Source of the DNA: Paraphysomonas bandaiensis
Lineage: Eukaryota > Protista > Chrysophyceae
Length of the DNA stretch: 18,262 nucleotides
Direction of reading: 5' to 3'
Assembly (NCBI GenBank): GCA_965644295.1
Contig: CBFFRP010000638.1
Location: forward strand, 1-18,262
Shown here: piece after piece, positions 1 to 9,921 of the stretch
How positions within the stretch are numbered: the stretch's first letter is position 1
Layout of the letters: the number at the start of each line of letters is the position of its first letter
Program-made: the position numbers and the translations under genes
Notes under the pieces: model-generated
Told to the model about the DNA's origin: nothing
Database searches by the model: none
The model's input: only the letters and a program-made list of their open reading frames with translations

Positions 1-49
1 AAAATAGACTCATCTCTAAGTCTAAACCTCTGTCTAAAAAACTCAGTAC

Positions 50-823
50 CTACTTGCGCCTTCTTTTATCCCTTGGTCCCTCATTAATCACTTCAGTGGA
101 ACTCTTAACTTTCTCTCCAAGATTTCTCTTTTTCTGCTCCATATATGATAAACCAACCAATGACTTTGTATAAATATCTGCTGCTTGTTGCGATGTATGC
201 ACATGCACTAACTTAATCGTATTGAACTGATTGGGATCCACGTGCTCTCTCACCATGTGATACTTAATCTCAATGTGCTTCGACTTCTTGTGAAACACTG
301 GGTTTTCGGCCAAATCCTGGGCACTCTGACTGTCGATGAAGAATGGTGTGGGTTTGATGAGCCTCAACTTAATCTCACCCGTCACCCCCCGAACCCATAG
401 CACTTCTTGGAGACCCGAGTAAATACACTGATACTCAGACTGCATGCTTGACGTTGCCACTGTCGTCTGCAGTTTGGACTGCCAGACTATAGGCCCTCCC
501 GCTGCAAACCCAACGTACCCCGACGTGGACTTCCTGGTGAGCTGATCTCCCGCCCAATCCGCGTCAGTAAACATATGGAAGTCGAACCGTCTACTCCCAT
601 ATTGAATCCCTTTGTCAATAGAACCACGAATATATTGCCATACATGTGTTAATAGCTTGCATACTTCAATATTCACCTTATTACTGAACCGAGACAGTAC
701 TCCCACTGCATAGGCAATATCCGGCCTCGTGTTCATCGATAGATATAGTAATGCACCTATCAGCGGCCGATATGGGAAGTTATCTACTATAAGCTGTTCC
801 TCCTCGGTATGCTCATGCCGCGC
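50..823 (-). CDS. pol: Copia 1 polyprotein, 3' part: RT end and RNase H, after a 1-bp frameshift
   Basis: The frame is open upstream of the listed Met (NFPYRPLIGALLYLSMNTRPDIAYAV); RNase H motifs TDADWAGD, QSEY, IDSQSA, ADIYTKSL. Adding one base to the C4 run at 823-826 joins it to RT. Confidence 0.93.
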   Translation of the reverse strand, partial: ARHEHTEEEQLIVDNFPYRPLIGALLYLSMNTRPDIAYAVGVLSRFSNKVNIEVCKLLTHVWQYIRGSIDKGIQYGSRRFDFHMFTDADWAGDQLTRKSTSGYVGFAAGGPIVWQSKLQTTVATSSMQSEYQCIYSGLQEVLWVRGVTGEIKLRLIKPTPFFIDSQSAQDLAENPVFHKKSKHIEIKYHMVREHVDPNQFNTIKLVHVHTSQQAADIYTKSLVGLSYMEQKKRNLGEKVKSSTEVINEGPRDKRRRK

Positions 824-2727
824 CCCTTTGCCACTAAATCCATTGCTTCCGCCGGTAGAGGACTCTTCCGTACCTTTCGCGGTGGCCCAAGATACTTTTC
901 AAACTTTTCTAAGATCTTAGCCGCATATACTGATTGGTCAAGACGAATATACTCTGGCGTTCTTGTGACTCGAACATTCAGAAAATGTTCCATCTCGCCC
1001 ATATCCTTCATATCAAACCTGGCACACAGTTGAGCTTTAATATCCTTCACTATGTTGACATCACGACCTAACACTAGGATATCATCCACATATATCGTTA
1101 ATAATATCAATTCATCGCCCTTATACTGATAATACAAACACGGGTCTAATACACATGGTTTAAAATGCATAGATCGTATGAATTTATCCAATGTTTTCCA
1201 CCACGACCGCGGGGAACTCCGAAGCCCGTATAACGACTTCTTCAACTTAAAGCAGTACCCCTCAGGCAGCTGAAAGTCCGGAGTTGCCTTCATATATACA
1301 TCCCCCTCTATATCTGCATATAGAAATGCGTTAGACACATCCAGTTGATGAATTACCATGTTCATCACGAAAGCTATGGCGATTAACAGTCGCACTGTTA
1401 CCCCCTTAACAACGGGTGCGAAATGGTTCGCCCAACCACTCGACTGCTGTCCACAACCGATTGCTACAAGACGAGCCTTATATCGGCGGACCTCTCCCTC
1501 CTTATCGTACTTCTTTCCATAGACGTACTTGGAGTGCAGTGGGACGACTCCGTCCGGTATACGAGTCACCTCCATGGTATCTCGCTTCGCCAAACCCTCT
1601 CGCTCTACACGGCGAGCTCGTCTCCACTCCCTGTGCTCGGCACTCTCCAAGGACTCACGATGTGTCTGAGGCACTGTCGACTCTTCCGCTGACATCCACA
1701 CTGAGTCTGCCTCCTGTAAAAGGTCACTCACATCACTCTCATCACTCAAATGATGGATTTGTCCTAACACCGACACATTCGTTACCGTCCTTGGAGTTCT
1801 TGCGCGTTTGCCGTGCGGATGATTCTCGGCAGGGGTCCCTTCCCCCGAAGGTAATGCTGAGTCAGCCTGGGGCTGCACCTGCCCACTTTCCGACTGCTGT
1901 GGCACCACTCCGCTGATACCGCCGTCACGGTTGTCAGTAACTCTGGCCCTAACCACCCTCTGCGCAAGATCCTCTGTCATCTTCTTGATGTCAGCAATAT
2001 GAATAGGAGTTTTATCCTCCACTTGAACCTGGTTACCAGTAACCAACGACCGGTATCCCACAATAAGTCCCTTCCTTATCACCACTCTGTTAGTCTTGTA
2101 TAGCAGACCACCATCCTCATGGTGCTTTCCGATAAGATACTCAAACTCACCCGGTTGACGAGCCTCGGGATCTATAGCCACTTGAGCCTCCTCCAGCTCT
2201 CTATAATAATCCTGAGACCTCTCAGGTACCGATTCATCAAATAATACATGTACAGAGTGTACTACGGTGTCCCCCACTAGCACCTTGTATCCTTTTCGAT
2301 CAGCTGGATACCCTATGAAATAACCTGTCATTGCTTTGTCCTCCCAGTCCTTCCTCCTGTCGGCCTTGGGTGTTAGCACATATGCTTTGCACCCCCATTT
2401 CCGTAGCCACGATAGGCTGGGAACGCTCCCCCCTGGGACACACTCATATGGAGACATCCATCCTTGCCACGTCCGAGTTGGCATTCGTCGCACAATGTAA
2501 CATGCAGTTTGATAAGCATCAAACCAGAACGACTTTGGAAGTCCAGATGCCGTCAACATCGTCAGTGTCATCTCCCCAATTGTTCGGAATTTCCTCTCAG
2601 ACACCGCGTTGAGCTCTGGCGTGTCTCGTGTTGTATGTGACACCCGAGTCCTATATCGCTGCAACAGATACTCTCTTATCTGCTGACTAATAAGTTCGGA
2701 TCCTCCATCGGCATGATACTCCACTAA
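824..2727 (-). CDS. pol: Copia 1 polyprotein, middle part: integrase core and C-terminus, reverse transcriptase
   Basis: YHADGGSEL and PELNAVSERKFRT (D,35,E), FIGYP..RKGY, YKARLVA, QLDVSNAFL, LKKSLYGL, IYVDDIL. Same frame as the 5' part. Confidence 0.96.
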
Positions 2728-2728
2728 T

Positions 2729-2761
2729 AGTCGATGGTAGGTAAAAACCTGGTCAAGTACT
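2729..2761 (+). repeat. Left terminal inverted repeat
   Basis: AGTCGATGGTAGGTAAAAACCTGGTCAAGTACT matches the reverse complement of 5519-5552 with 1 mismatch and 1 indel. Confidence 0.92.
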
Positions 2762-2912
2762 TTGACCAGGTGATGTGTACTATATATATAGGGTATATTT
2801 GAGAAAGTCTGGTATATACTAGCAAATAACACGATAATTGGACTAATTCTAAACATTTATTATATTATAATAAGATTATGTCACTACGAAATCGTTACAT
2901 CACTACTACTAC

Positions 2913-4370
2913 TTACTGATTGCCACTACCAAACATTGACTGTTTCAAAATAATATTTTCCCGCTGCAAGTAGGCATTCTGATCTGCCATGCGCAATGCA
3001 TCTGCAAATTTTACATTTTCAACATATCTAATCGCATTCATCGCATGAAGAGAAATTGGCGGTTGAGTCATTTCGTAACTGTGACCTACAGCAGAGGGTG
3101 TCCGCTGATGAACTTCAGTAGTCTGCGTAGACAAAGAGTTATCACCCACAACAGCAGCAGGGGCAGAAGCTTTCGTTGGCTGAGTCTTACTCATCAGCAA
3201 CTGCTCCAATTCAGCAGTTCGCCGTTTCTGGGCCTCCAATTCTTCTTGAATATCTGGTTTCTTTGGAAGAGTGTTTCTTGCTTGATGTTGACGCTTTGGC
3301 TCTGCTGGCTTGACAATGATAACAGGATCATCTTCGCCACGATCTCTCTCATCATTTTCCGTTGCAGCAACTGCACTAACAGCCTTCTTCTGTATTACAC
3401 AAGATATTTTATGGTCAGTTATAACAAAATTAATTCAGTTGTATATACGTACCGCAACAGCACGCTGACTTGGTTTGTTTGCTTTTTTTCTCGGTTTCTT
3501 GCCAGTGCCAGAACTGAAATTTTCATCCGCAAATCGAACAGAGGCCTTTCGCTTTCTAAGCCTCTTCTTGCTGCTGAGATCAAATGCTGCTTTCAACCCT
3601 TCTTCTACAGGATCCCAGCCATCAAGAATCCAGTTTCCCGTCTCATCCTTGTTCGGAACATCTCCTTGTGGGTCCCATGCAAGTTTGTTCTTTGGGTCGC
3701 GGAGATAGGTTTCCAAAATTGACTTCGCCCAGTCATGGTCGAGAGATACTTCGGGAAGGAAAGTGTACTGCTTCATTTTTGATAAACCTGTAAGCAGAAA
3801 AATTTTTCCACTTTCAGTGGGATCATACAGAACACTGTCACAGCGCCATTTGTTACATTTGGTCCGAAGATAACAGAGAACAACGTATTGTTTTCCATCA
3901 GAGTTTTTACTCACCCAACAGCGAGAATAGTTAACATATGAACCGTCTTTGCCAAGTACAGCTGAAAGTACATAGTAATTGAACAATAAAGGGATCATCG
4001 ATAGCATTTCCAAATCCAAGAAACACTTTACAGAAGAACCACCATCTGAAATGAACTTCTTGCGGCAGTATGTTTGGTTGTAACCACCAATGTTAACTGT
4101 GAAGGAGTCCTCATTGCAATTAAACTGGTGCAGGATGCTTCCCATCTCATTACCCTCTTCGTCTTTGTTGCCTCTCTCTGGTGACAAAATACTGGAACCA
4201 CTTTCTTGTGGCACAGCACTCTCATCAACAAGCAGTTCAGAATTATCATCAACTTCGGATTCACCAAGTGCAGCAAGCATATCTAATCTAGACTTCCTGC
4301 AACAACTAACACATTGCGACTTCAAAATGGAAACCCCTTTTTCATTTGAATTAAACGTTGCTTTACACAT
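2913..4370 (-). CDS. Spliced hypothetical protein (~464 aa, probably 5'-truncated); exons 4370-3453 and 3389-2913
   Basis: A 63-nt intron at 3390-3452 (GTACGT...CTGAC...CAG) joins the 311-aa and 108-aa ORFs in frame (AVA|KKAVSAV...EELEAQKRR). N-terminal CAMC...CVSC pair, basic NLS-like patch, coiled-coil-like segment. Confidence 0.8.
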
Positions 4371-4467
4371 TGCACATGCAATAAGTTGTATTCGTTCGTC
4401 GGAGTTATCGTCATCAGAATCAATTAATTAAAGTCGGAAATTAAAGTGTGGGACTACCATTCCTCCA

Positions 4468-5139
4468 ATGAGAGTTGTGGAATCTACTTCATCTGTAAGA
4501 CATTCTGGTAATAAGAAAGGTCAGCCCGCAAGACGTATTGTAGAAGATGTGGACGGAAATGATGTGTCTGATGCTGGACTAACTGCCAAAGCTCAACCTG
4601 ATGGTCCTCCTAGAAAAAAATCTGTGAGGAAGTCAAAGAATACTACCAGTAGGAAGAAAACCGTTCCAAAGAAATCGCTCTCTACTACACCACTTCTTGC
4701 TGATGATTGCAATGACAGTTCCGACGAATGTGGAGACGATTTGACTGACTTGACTGAATATTTGGAGGATGGTGGTGGAGTAAATTTCAGTGAACTTCGT
4801 TTTGAAGTGGGCCAGAAAGTGAGAACCACTCATGGGCTAGTTGCCACTGTGCAATCAGTAAATAGGAACGGCACTTACGACATCAAGTACATTCAGGCAT
4901 TGCATGGAACAGACGAAGGAGTGAAACAACGATTTCTGAAGCCATGCAAAGGTACGTCGCATGTTATAGTTATTAGTGTTAATTAACTTTTTTGTAATCT
5001 AGAAACTGTCAGAACAACTTCAAAGAATACACGACGACCTACTTATGAAATGGTTATTGTCAGTGAGAGTGAGAAATGGAAAGATACAGGGGCATTAGAT
5101 GGTAGTAATGTGATCGTTGGGAAAAGAAAGCGAAGGTAG
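4468..5139 (+). CDS. Spliced protein (~206 aa) with a Tudor-like domain; exons 4468-4951 and 5003-5139
   Basis: 51-nt intron at 4952-5002 (GTACGT...TAG), in frame. RFEVGQKV...ATVQSVNRNGTYDIKY...EGVKQRFLKP fits a Tudor/SH3-like barrel pattern; the protein ends LDGSNVIVGKRKRR. Confidence 0.75.
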
Positions 5140-5276
5140 TGATAATTGTTTATATATTATGAAATGGTTATTGTCAGTGAGAGTGAGAAATTGAGAGATA
5201 CAGGAACATTATATATGGTATTTTAATGTTGTTATCAGTGGGAAAAGAAATCGAAGGTAGTGATAATTGTTATATT
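5043..5276 (+). repeat. Degenerate tandem duplication of ~114 bp
   Basis: TTATGAAATGGTTATTGTCAGTGAGAGTGAGAAAT starts at 5043 and again at 5157; both copies end CGAAGGTAGTGATAATTGTT. Confidence 0.93.
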
Positions 5277-5518
5277 ATGTTATATATATATTATTATGTA
5301 ATTTGTTTTTATAAAAAGCAATAATGATTATTGATTATAAGTAGTTACGTAACTACACTTATAGTACTCAGAAATACGGCCAGAATAAAATATCCTTTTA
5401 AAATATAATGCAACACAGTAACACAAAGCGATTCCAAGACGATATGCACTCATCACAACACGTTCTCCATGTTCGTTTTACATATTCGTACACAAAAGTA
5501 GTAGTTTGACCAGATTCT

Positions 5519-5552
5519 AGTACTTAGACCAGGTTTTTACTTACCATCGACT
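5519..5552 (-). repeat. Right terminal inverted repeat
   Basis: Reverse complement is AGTCGATGGTAAGTAAAAACCTGGTCTAAGTACT. Confidence 0.92.
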
Positions 5553-5553
5553 T

Positions 5554-7479
5554 TATACGGTTCCACCCCTCGTACTTCACTAAGTGGACCTCGCACAAGT
5601 GTCGTAGACATTTGAACACCTCCTCTCCGCTTCGAGTCCTCAATCCATATTCCCATATCATCTTTGTTGCTAAGTCCGTAAATAGGAGCACGTACTTATA
5701 CCCTTGTCTGGATTCACAATTGAGGTAGACTGAGATGTCCGCTGTCACTCGTTCCAGAAACCTGACTGCGCTTAGCTCTTCGTTGTCCCGTGATTTGAAC
5801 GAATGCCTGGTTATCTTCGCCTTGGCACACCATTTACACAGGGGTTTCTTGCAACTCTTCTCCTTTGCCTTCGAAAGGTGATGTCGTTGTAGTCCTGATC
5901 CTCTGAATAACATGTGTCGGTGAGCTTCTAATAACTTCGATTTCGAGACATGTCCAGTACGCTCATGTAAGCGATCCAACGCATCTTGTCCTGTATTATC
6001 CGACAAATTTACCTCCTCCATCTGATTGCACATAGACACATTTGGCAGATTTAACACCTCCATCAAGTCCACATACGGCATTCCTCCATGCTCATCGTAC
6101 TCTCCAGTCAACACCTCGTTTCCAGAGTCCAATTCCACGATTTTAGGCTTTCGAAGCAGTTGTAATCCGTATCCCATTGATCTCAGCATTCCTCCTGACA
6201 CAATGTTCTTCACCGCTTCTTCACTAACTCTGATGTCTCTCCATTCCCCGAATGTACCAGCCCCCTGTGTCTCCAATTGAGAACCCTTTCTAGTTAGTTG
6301 GATTGCCCCAAACTCAGGAGTAAATGACTCCAGTGCAATTTTATCCTTTACTATAAACAGTCTTTTACTTGCACAACTGTCCAGATATACACGAGGTTCT
6401 TCCGACGTATCCACCGATAGCAAAACCTCTTCTCCAAACATATTCGCTTCATCATCCGACGACTCTCCGTCGTTGACGTATTTCTTCCATTCTGTCTCGA
6501 ATTTCCTGTTCGATTTTCGAGGATTCTCATTATCCGGGTTTTTTATGTTCTTCCGTTTTTTCGACTTGCACTGTCGGGCTTTATGACTAAAATCTCCACA
6601 GATATGACAACCAGTATAATCCTTTGATCCTGGCTGCTGCACACTCTTCGAAGCCTTTTCCTTTGTCTTCCCTTTTCTTTTGAACTTATCCATTTTTCTT
6701 TGTCGTTCCTTAGCATAACAATTCGCTGCTACATGTCCCTTCTTCCGACAAAATGAACAAACCACTGGCTCCTTCGACGCCGTAAAATTGATCTCTTCAG
6801 ATTTGTCTCCCTTTAGTTTCTTCAGCTGCGTCATAGCCTCGTCATACTCTTCACAAGCCTCTTTCACCGAATCAAATGTAGTTGTTGCTTTAGGCATCAT
6901 CGCTACCGACATCCATAAATCATGTAATTCCTCTATCTGCAGCGCTGCTTTTATCTTTGCTAATTTACTTGCCTCTGTCTGCGGTTGTCCCAATTTTATG
7001 AGCTTCTGGATTATACCGTTCAGTCGATCTACCCCAACAGACACCTTTTCCCCCGGCCTTATTTTGAACGAATGGTATTCTGCCGTAGTCTTCTCCAATA
7101 CAGTCCCAATCTCGCCTCTGAACCTATCAACCAGTGTCTGAAGGAGCTCACTGGATAACACCTCCTTAGCAGGATCATCAGCAGGTAAAATTGCCTTCCC
7201 CTCCAAATATTGATTGGCTACCTCCAACACATCAGGGTCATGCTCGCAAGCCTCCCAAATAGTACTAACACAGGTATCATTACGCTCTCTCCATGACTCT
7301 AAATTCCTTCCTCCGGCTGGCGGGTCCTCCAAGCCAAGATGGTTTCGGTGTTTCTTCATTAGATGCATCTTGATTTTTCTCGCTGAATAGTCTGCTTGGT
7401 TCTTGTCAAACCGTAGCTTCTTGTCATCTTCCCCATCCCTACAACTACCATCATCCGCTACCATAACAGAAGTTGACAT
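5554..7479 (-). CDS. gag-pol: Copia 1 polyprotein, 5' part: Gag, aspartic protease, integrase HHCC and first catalytic Asp
   Basis: CSFCRKKGHVAANC and CHICGDFSHKARQC zinc knuckles; VYLDSCAS protease motif; LHERTGH...CKWC; LERVTAD. The last ~8 aa of the listed ORF are read from the TIR. Confidence 0.95.
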
Positions 7480-7508
7480 TATTTGCTAAGGTTTACTATA
7501 TTCTCAAC

Positions 7509-7760
7509 TGATAAGATGAAATTATAAACATTACATGATAAAGAACCTAAGTTGTGTTCGATGTGTTCAACACCATTCATTTACTACTATATAGTCTACA
7601 AACCACACACTCAGTGATCGTATCCTGTATAGTCACCCACTTCTACTTCAGTTTCATACTACACAATATAATGTACTAATTACATATATATCTTTCGATC
7701 CTTGCATCTCACATAATACTGCACTCAATTGCAAGTATATAGAATCTTCAGATCTCAACA
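7509..7760 (-). repeat. Putative 5' LTR of copia 1 (~252 bp)
   Basis: Minus strand reads TGTTGAGATC...CATCTTATCA: TG..CA ends with a 7/10 terminal inverted match, AT-rich, ending 29 bp before the gag ATG. The second LTR is not available for confirmation. Confidence 0.6.
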
Positions 7761-7948
7761 ATGTAAAAGGAATCTTAGATCTTAGTCCCTTATGGATTAT
7801 TGCAATAATTAAGAAAATTTAAGGTTTAGGAAGTATGTAGTAAAATGCTGACCCTAATCGAAATGATCATCCCCAACAGATGCTAAATTTAACATTAATT
7901 TGAAAGTATTAAAGAACGAAAATCGAGATATGTGTGTCGAGGTTAAAG

Positions 7949-8050
7949 AAAATCGAAAACAAAACAGAGGTCAAAGCAAAATCGAAAACAAAACAGAGGA
8001 CAAAGCAAAATCGAAAACAAAACAGAGGACAAAGCAAAATCGAAAACAAA
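7949..8050 (+). repeat. 29-bp minisatellite, ~3.5 copies
   Basis: AAAATCGAAAACAAAACAGAGG(T/A)CAAAGC at 7949, 7978 and 8007, with a partial copy at 8036. Confidence 0.95.
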
Positions 8051-8094
8051 TCAAGAAAATAAACAAAACCTATATAAACTACATTCACAGCCTA

Positions 8095-9300
8095 TCAATA
8101 CCTACTTCTGTCCTGCCTGCTGCTGTGATGGCGATGGTGATCAGAAGACGCCTCATGCCTTCTGCCATGAGACCTGCCACGGGACCTATCATGTCTTTTA
8201 CCATGACTCCTGTGATGGGACCTATCACGTCGTCTGCTATGAGACCTGTCGTGCCGACTGCTACGAAATGGCCTGGTATCCCGGCTGCGAGAGCGATGCG
8301 GAGCGGTATGATAAGGTCTATCATTCCGACTATCAGAAGTACTTTGATGGTGATGCTCAAGACTTTGAGATTTATGTTCTTGGCTGCAAGATCGATCCCT
8401 TTGCCACTGTGTAGTTGAATAAGATGAAATATTCTGGGGCCCTAAGTAGGTTGTGGGCAAAAGACACGGATGCGTGTTCGGGAGGGGATATGTTTCAGGG
8501 CATGTCGTTATAGGGAGACTTGAGATTGATGGTACCACATTTGTGCGAAATACCCGCTTTGGAAGATCTTTTCTTCTTTTCATCATCAGTTCCACGATCA
8601 TTTCGTAGGAAGGGAACAGTAATGGGCTCTCATTAAACCTATTAGGGCTTTTAAGGACCCACTGCTTTACTCCCGAATCCCATTCGAATGGGTTCCCAGG
8701 CGCTTCATCCTCATTAGAGTTACGATTAAAAAATATAGTAGCGAGAAAATGCCGGAGGAGTTTGTTCCCTGCTGGAAGTATGACCACATAACCCGGCAAA
8801 CGCATGGCAACTTGAAGCTGCTCATTTTAGTTATACCGCCTGATCCCAACTCAAAGGCACTAATTAACTTCGACACCATATTGCGTTTTTCAGTATAAGC
8901 GACATGCTCATTCAAACCTAACACAGATTCAATTTCAGCATTGGTTGCTGGATGGCATATGGTCTGGATCTTTCCCATACACTTATCGATGAATGTATTA
9001 CTAAGTTTGGTCTTATTACCAAAGCTTTTATCCCGCAAGTACGTCAAGCACGGCAATGGGTCCATCGAAGAGTTTGGTTCCATCCTATCTATGACACTCC
9101 GCATACATTTGGACCAGAAAATATTTGGAAATTTATCCAACCCACTACGAAGAAGTAAGCAGTTGTTGAAATGAGTGGTATCCTATGTACAATATTAAGT
9201 TATAATGATGGAAGTCTTGAAGGGTAGCATACCGTACCTGGGAAAGAAATTCAACCATCTCTTTCTTCGTTATGTTAGGGTTGTTGTGACCACGTGGCAT
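8095..9300 (-). CDS. Spliced hypothetical protein (~383 aa) with an Arg/Ser/His-rich C-terminal tail; one frameshift
   Basis: Exon 1 9300-9238 (MPRGHNN...FLSQ); 55-nt intron at 9183-9237 (GTACGG...TAG), in frame with the 8667-9140 ORF. One extra base in the T4 run at 8825-8828 joins it to the 8095-8805 ORF (ITKNEQLQVAMRLPG). Confidence 0.75.
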
Positions 9301-9515
9301 TTCCTATGCCCTATCTACGTGTCTATAGTACCAGAACTACATGCATTGCCCATTCAGGACCCTGTGATATTAGTTCAGGACCCTACATCAACAACATTAT
9401 ATCATTAGGACCCTATACCATGTCTAGGATGCATATTCTATGTTATACTCATTAAGATGATGGATGGGGTAATGAGCTGTGATGTTCTTACACACTGAAT
9501 CAACGTTCAGGTGTG

Positions 9516-9921
9516 ATGTCCACTTTATCTGCTGATGATGATGTACACACTATGATTTGCTGATGGTGACTTCACGCAATGTGAAACCTGCCACAAATTT
9601 ATAATAAAGTTATGTGGGTCAGTATTCCCGTGTAGCAGTTGCAGTGTATACTTCCATAGGAATACGTACTGGCATTACCCATACTACCCTATAGGGGGGC
9701 AAGTACATATCACATCAAGGGAGAATAATGGATATTATATACTCGAGGTGCACGAGTGTTCATACCAGGCTCAGTGGGGAATCAATTGTGATATGCAATA
9801 CCTGGTATGCAGGGTTGTATTTACGTATAACCTGGATATTAGGGGTTTTGGGTTCTTGAATGCTAAAATACACCAAAGTGGCGGTATACTGTTTTTGTAT
9901 GGGTATTTAGGTAGAAAGTAA
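9516..9921 (+). pseudogene. Frameshifted ORF with a C1/PHD-like zinc finger
   Basis: Frame 9556-9921 is open for 121 codons and contains CETC-x13-CSSC-x4-H. A candidate start MSTLSADDDVHTMI at 9516 is in another frame. Not in the ORF track. Confidence 0.5.

Larger units (their letters stand above)
2728..5553. mobile_element. TIR DNA transposon-like insertion (2826 bp), apparently non-autonomous
   Basis: ~33 bp terminal inverted repeats; sits inside the integrase codons. Removing it plus one 3-bp flank (TAA 2725-2727 / TAT 5554-5556) restores the frame as ...EGWNR[I/L]VEYHADGG. Confidence 0.9.
1..7760 (-). mobile_element. Ty1/copia LTR retrotransposon 1, interrupted by a TIR element; 3' LTR lies outside the window
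   Basis: Domain order gag (2 CCHC knuckles), protease, integrase, RT, RNase H on the minus strand is diagnostic of copia; candidate 5' LTR just upstream of gag. Confidence 0.96.

Noticed and set aside
823-826. Programmed ribosomal frameshift between RT and RNase H
   Set aside because: Not a known recoding position in copia and no X XXY YYZ slippery heptamer; a homopolymer indel is simpler.
2728-2856. Hydrophobic signal-peptide-like N-terminus of the 689-aa ORF
   Set aside because: It is read from the inserted TIR element, not from the copia pol.
3045-3722. 225-aa plus-strand ORF and other short overlapping ORFs (e.g. 1416-1916, 11596-11997)
   Set aside because: Antisense or alternative-frame shadows of well-supported genes, with no motifs.
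7949-8050. 29-bp repeats as a CRISPR array
   Set aside because: The repeats are contiguous with no unique spacers, there are no cas genes, and the context is eukaryotic.
7900-8418. 172-aa plus-strand ORF
   Set aside because: Made of the minisatellite plus the antisense of the RS-rich tail; TTG start.
8433-8446. PBS-like TTAGGGCCCCAG on the minus strand
   Set aside because: Lies inside a coding exon, far from any LTR, and matches the tRNA-iMet PBS only partially.
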